The position numbers and the translations under genes are program-made. The notes under the pieces are model-generated. The model did no database searches. It was given only the letters and a program-made list of their open reading frames with translations, and had not been told where the DNA came from. From Spirochaetia bacterium (GTDB lineage: Bacteria > Spirochaetota > Spirochaetia > UBA9216), in contig OY776510.1 of NCBI GenBank assembly GCA_963675665.1, forward strand, positions 2,560,001-2,624,000: a stretch of 64,000 nt of DNA, in the 5' to 3' direction. The first letter of the stretch is position 1. Each line of letters begins with the position of its first letter. Positions 60,212-64,000 of the stretch are shown piece by piece.

Positions 60212-61100
60212 TCAAGTTAGATTGCTGGTGAATGTATTGCCGGCAATCGCTGAATCAACATGTTTCGCATTAAAGGGCGGTACCGCTATAAACCTATTTT
60301 TAAGAAATGTTCCTCGCTTATCGGTTGATATAGATCTTGTGTATGTTCTGATTAAAGAAAGAGATTTTTCTCTAAATGAGATTACTGATGAGCTTTTAAA
60401 AATCGCATCACGAATAAAGAAGATCATCCCTAATGCTGAAATCCAATACTCATACATTAATAAAACAAAATTTATAACAAAATTACTCGTTAGAAGTGAA
60501 CGCTCCATAGTGAAAATTGAGCTCTCTCCAGTTCTGCGCGGAACTGTCTACGAGCCTAAGACGAAAAGAATATCCCGGGATGCTGAGGAGCTATTTGGGT
60601 TTGCTGAGGTGCCGGTTGTTTCATTTGAAGATTTATTTGCCGGTAAAATTATTGCTGCTTTGGATAGGCAACATCCACGGGATCTCTTTGATATCAAGTT
60701 TCTACTTCAATCTGAGGGTATAACGCATTCGTTAAAAGAAGCATTTATTGTTTATCTCATTTCACATAATCGTAGGTTTATAGAAATCCTGAATCCGTCA
60801 TTGCTGAATTTATCACAATTATATCAAAATGAATTTACAGGAATGACGAACGAGAAGATAAGTATTGAAGAACTTGAATTGGTCAGAACTGAACTCATAG
60901 AAAAAGTGAATGGATTACTTGAAGATGAGGATAAAACATTTTTGATTAATTTTAAAAAAGGGAATCCGGATTGGGATTATTTCTCTGTACCACATATCAG
61001 GGAACTCCCGGCAGTAAAGTGGAAGTTGAATAACTTGCAGCAAATGGATAGTGCCGAAAGGTCAAAGATGATCCAAAATCTAATAGATTTTTTTAGTTAA
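60186..61100 (+). CDS. abiEii: Type IV TA toxin AbiEii-family nucleotidyltransferase
   Basis: FALKGGTAINLF, PRLSVDIDL, KIE, GKIIAALDRQHPRDLFD. Confidence 0.93.
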   Translation: MDRQNPYFNQVRLLVNVLPAIAESTCFALKGGTAINLFLRNVPRLSVDIDLVYVLIKERDFSLNEITDELLKIASRIKKIIPNAEIQYSYINKTKFITKLLVRSERSIVKIELSPVLRGTVYEPKTKRISRDAEELFGFAEVPVVSFEDLFAGKIIAALDRQHPRDLFDIKFLLQSEGITHSLKEAFIVYLISHNRRFIEILNPSLLNLSQLYQNEFTGMTNEKISIEELELVRTELIEKVNGLLEDEDKTFLINFKKGNPDWDYFSVPHIRELPAVKWKLNNLQQMDSAERSKMIQNLIDFFS

Positions 61101-61271
61101 TAGATTTTACAGTATCAGCCTCCCTCCCTATAAATACCTTGCTCCCGTAATACAATGGACGTACACTATTTCATTAAACTAATAGGAGGAATGATAAAAT
61201 AAACCTCTGATATGATGTGACCCATGTCAAGTTAAAATATCCAGGTTTTATCTATAAGATCCCCCCCCTGT

Positions 61272-61470
61272 CCAGGACAGGAAGAAAGATAGAACAACGT
61301 TTATGCGGCGATAGACCACTCTGATATTCGCGGATTGGTTACCGCAGGTCAATGGGATCGTCGGGAGCTGCCTCTGTCTAAAACCGAGGATCAATATTAT
61401 TATTGCCTCATAGAGGTGCCGAGGGTTCTCCTTTATCACTGTTGTTGTTCTATCCATCCTTCTGTCCTGG
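61272..61470 (-). ncRNA. Candidate bridge/seek RNA of the IS110-family element
   Basis: Long closing stem 61272-61298 / 61444-61470; internal segments match the reconstructed target and donor junctions. Confidence 0.7.
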
Positions 61471-61494
61471 TAGCTTATTAACCAACTATCGAAG

Positions 61495-62598
61495 TCATGC
61501 GACTTCTGTTCTACCTACCATCATTCCCCAAATAAATCCTGATAATTCTCTGGCAACTGCCGTAACAGTTTTCTGAGGGCATACCCCTCTACGAATCATC
61601 CTGAAATATTTCTTACTCAACCTTCTGCCGGCTTTATCAGCATAAGCTATTGTTTCAGCAGATTGTCCTTTCCTTCTCGCTGTCAGTCGTTTCGATGGCG
61701 AATACCTTTGGTAATGCCAGCTTGATTCCACTAACAGCCGTCGTAGCCTGGAGTTGCCGGCCTTCGTAATCCCGCCAAGCTTCCGGCCCTCTCCGCTTGA
61801 GTATTCTGACGGCACAAGTCCAAGATACGCCATGAAGGATTCCGCTTTTTTAAATCTTCTGAAATCTCCTATCTCGCATACAAATGTTAATGCTGTTAAT
61901 GTCTCTATACCTTTGAAACATCGAAGCCGGGATACCCTTTCTTTATATCTGTCTTCAGCAGCAATCTCTTCTATTTTTTCCTGCAACCGTTCAATCTTTT
62001 CCTCTAATTCCACAATCGCAAGATAATATTCTTTTAAAACTTCTTTATGCATTACCTGTTCAAACTGCAAGTTTTTCAACCAGGTTCGATGCGCCCCTGT
62101 CCAGTACTTTTTCCCAATATCATATTTCTTCCCGTTCCTTAGCAGAAACTGTAAGAGCCTCTGTTTCTGTTTCCTCAAATCAATTTTCATATCGTTACAC
62201 ATCCTCATGTAATCACGAACTGATTCATCTGTGCGTGTCGGTATATTCACCGGTGTTATTTCCTGATTCCTTAATGCTCTGGCTAATTTGACTGCATCCC
62301 TCTTGTCTGTCTTTATTCGGTCTCCGGGTTTCCTCGGCAATAATGATGGTGCTGCTACGTAACAGATAATTCCCATATCTTCAAGTAATCTATAAAGTGT
62401 AAATCCTGTAGGGCCTGCTTCGTAACAACACAGAATATTTTCTCCATTCTCTTTAAGTCGCTTGAAGAATCTTTTAATATTTCCGGGTTCGTTCCTGAGC
62501 TCTCTTTCAAACTCAGGATTCTGATAATTATCTCTGAATACCGCTACTGCGATTGATTCCTTGTGGACATCCATCCCTACATAAATTACACTATTCAT
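61495..62598 (-). CDS. IS110-family transposase/recombinase
   Basis: YVGMDVHK, YEAGPTG, KTDKRDA (DEDD); FKGIE, YLGLVPSEYSSG, ITKAGN. Confidence 0.95.
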   Translation of the reverse strand: MNSVIYVGMDVHKESIAVAVFRDNYQNPEFERELRNEPGNIKRFFKRLKENGENILCCYEAGPTGFTLYRLLEDMGIICYVAAPSLLPRKPGDRIKTDKRDAVKLARALRNQEITPVNIPTRTDESVRDYMRMCNDMKIDLRKQKQRLLQFLLRNGKKYDIGKKYWTGAHRTWLKNLQFEQVMHKEVLKEYYLAIVELEEKIERLQEKIEEIAAEDRYKERVSRLRCFKGIETLTALTFVCEIGDFRRFKKAESFMAYLGLVPSEYSSGEGRKLGGITKAGNSRLRRLLVESSWHYQRYSPSKRLTARRKGQSAETIAYADKAGRRLSKKYFRMIRRGVCPQKTVTAVARELSGFIWGMMVGRTEVA

Positions 62599-62832
62599 AG
62601 TGGCCTCCGTTCCTTTGTATGTGGCGTGTCTGCGCTTTGCCATTAGCCATTGTGTAGGCTAATCCACGATTTTGCAAACACGGCGGTCACTTCATATTGT
62701 CTAAAGTACTCCGTACTTTTTGTTATTTTATCATTTGGTAGTTTGAAAATATCTTTTCAAACTACACCCCCAGACACCTGCATCCATGCAGGAATTTCTT
62801 ATAGGAGGAATGATAAAAAGTCTTCATGAGCT

Positions 62833-62990
62833 GGTGAATTGATATACTGCCTTAACTTTAATTGAGGCAGTAAGGTTACTGTTCGACATTTTTACTGGTC
62901 CGCGAGACCGTTTAGGAGATTGAAGAGCCGTAACCGAAACATTCAATGGTCTGCGAGACCGGATAGGAGAATGGAACAATTCACCGTATA
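62833..62990 (+). ncRNA. Candidate bridge RNA in the 5' non-coding end of second IS110 element
   Basis: Twin hairpins ggtc-cgcga-gacc and ggtc-tgcga-gacc, each followed by taggaga; stems ggttac/gtaacc, cattc/gaatg, ggtgaattg/caattcacc, ctgcct/aggcag. Confidence 0.6.
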
Positions 62991-63020
62991 GGCACTGCTT
63001 CAAACTATTGGAGATAGAAC

Positions 63021-64000
63021 ATGAAGATGAGTATTGGCGTGGATCTTCACAAAACGCAGTTTACAGTATGCCTTTTAAGTGAAGACCGAAAAATTGATCA
63101 ATTGGGAATGTATCCGACCAGCGGAAATGGTTATGGAGCATTTCTGAAAATGCTGGATGAATATTGTGAAGAGGAATATGAGTTGAGAGCAGCGGTGGAA
63201 ACAACCGGGAATGCCCGTTATTTCCGCAATAAACTGTTAAAGGCTGGAGTCGAAGTGGTTGTAGTGAATACTTTGAAATTCAAGGTAGTGAATGAATCTG
63301 TAAAAAAGACAGACAAACATGATGCACGCACCCTGGCGGAGTTTCTTGAGAAAGACATGCTGCCTGAATCGATATTATGTTCCCAAGAGAGTGAGGATAT
63401 TCGAAGGGTGCTGAAATCCAGGTCGATACTGGTAAAATCTGTTGTGTCGTTAAAGAACCAGGTGCATGGCTTATTACTTGGTTATGGAATAGAGACCAAA
63501 CGCGGACAGCTGCAGAGTAAAAAAGAAAGGCAGCGAATCCTGAACGGTCTCGAGGACCACGACTTTTACGGAAGCGCTGCCAAAACGGTAATACCGTTAC
63601 TGGATATGATAGATAATCAGGCATCGCAAGTCAAGCAGCTTGAAAAGGTTTTGGCTGAGCTTGTGGAGGACGATGAAGATGTTGAGCTTCTGCAGACAAT
63701 ACCAGGCGTGGGTCTAATAACAGCAGCAACAGTAAGAGCCTATACAGACGATATCGGCAGATATGATAGTGCGAAGAAATATGCAGCAAACGCCGGGCTT
63801 GTGCCATGGGTGCAGAACTCAAATATGACAATACATCATGGACATATAACAAAGCGTGGGCCTGTAGAACTGAGGACAGCCTTCGTACAGATGGTGATGG
63901 GAATGGTTCGTATGCAAAAGAAGACCGGGACGTACCGAATAATGACGAAGTATGCAGCGATGAAGAAGCAGAAAGGCTCGGGTAAGAGTGTAATAGCTGC
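63021..64000 (+). CDS. IS110-family transposase, runs off window (absent from ORF track)
   Basis: Hand translation: MKMSIGVDLHKTQF, VETTGN, KKTDKHDA, TIPGVG, AGLVPWVQNS, GHITKRG. Confidence 0.92.
   Translation, partial: MKMSIGVDLHKTQFTVCLLSEDRKIDQLGMYPTSGNGYGAFLKMLDEYCEEEYELRAAVETTGNARYFRNKLLKAGVEVVVVNTLKFKVVNESVKKTDKHDARTLAEFLEKDMLPESILCSQESEDIRRVLKSRSILVKSVVSLKNQVHGLLLGYGIETKRGQLQSKKERQRILNGLEDHDFYGSAAKTVIPLLDMIDNQASQVKQLEKVLAELVEDDEDVELLQTIPGVGLITAATVRAYTDDIGRYDSAKKYAANAGLVPWVQNSNMTIHHGHITKRGPVELRTAFVQMVMGMVRMQKKTGTYRIMTKYAAMKKQKGSGKSVIA

Larger units (their letters stand above)
61206..62702 (-). mobile_element. IS110-family element with sub-terminal IRs (IS1111-like architecture)
   Basis: IRs atatgatgtgacc (61210-61222) / ggtcacttcatat (62685-62697); shared TCT core at both ends; long 3' non-coding region. 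Confidence 0.82.

Noticed and set aside
61182-61202. RBS+ATG-like motif (atagg..aatgataaaa) resembling 62801-62818, as a gene start
   Set aside because: Reads ATG ATA AAA TAA (immediate stop); too short to interpret, though it could be an IS110 end or target remnant
61248-61457. 69-aa ORF downstream of the IS110 transposase
   Set aside because: Lies on the structured non-coding end of the element; no protein features
1-64000. CRISPR array, cas genes, retron or reverse transcriptase
   Set aside because: No regularly spaced repeat-spacer array and no Cas or RT motifs seen; the hairpin clusters have non-identical units

Overview
Bacterial chromosome segment, probably from a spirochaete (inferred from the fliS-polA-coaE-SPOR neighbourhood and protein character). 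Bases 1-41.1 kb are host-type sequence: chemoreceptors, a CheY/CheC/diguanylate cyclase module, sensor kinases, PIN-PhoH, polA/coaE, transporters, a GH2 glycosidase, tRNA-Cys and tRNA-Pro. From 41.1 kb to the end is a mostly AT-rich mobile and defence hotspot. (1) A ~16.7 kb island is integrated in tRNA-Pro(GGG), bounded by a 53-bp direct repeat (41144-41196 / 57801-57853). It carries a tyrosine integrase, an excisionase-like HTH, a rolling-circle-type Rep and a tightly coupled five-gene operon: calcineurin-like phosphoesterase, all-helical protein, two TRAFAC GTPases and a GAP1-N1-like protein. This operon matches a predicted GTPase-centred ternary conflict system and is the best candidate for a new defence system here. 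(2) Two inverted IS66 copies inside the island have flipped the 2.8 kb between them. Their 8-bp target duplications are swapped, and a zinc-finger gene is split into two pieces 5 kb apart on opposite strands. (3) A second, related integrase element starts at a degenerate tRNA-end copy and carries an AbiEi/AbiEii pair. (4) Two IS110-family elements follow, with non-coding ends that look like bridge/seek RNAs; in one, the target- and donor-matching guide segments can be read from the sequence. All family calls are from motif recognition; no database searches were run.
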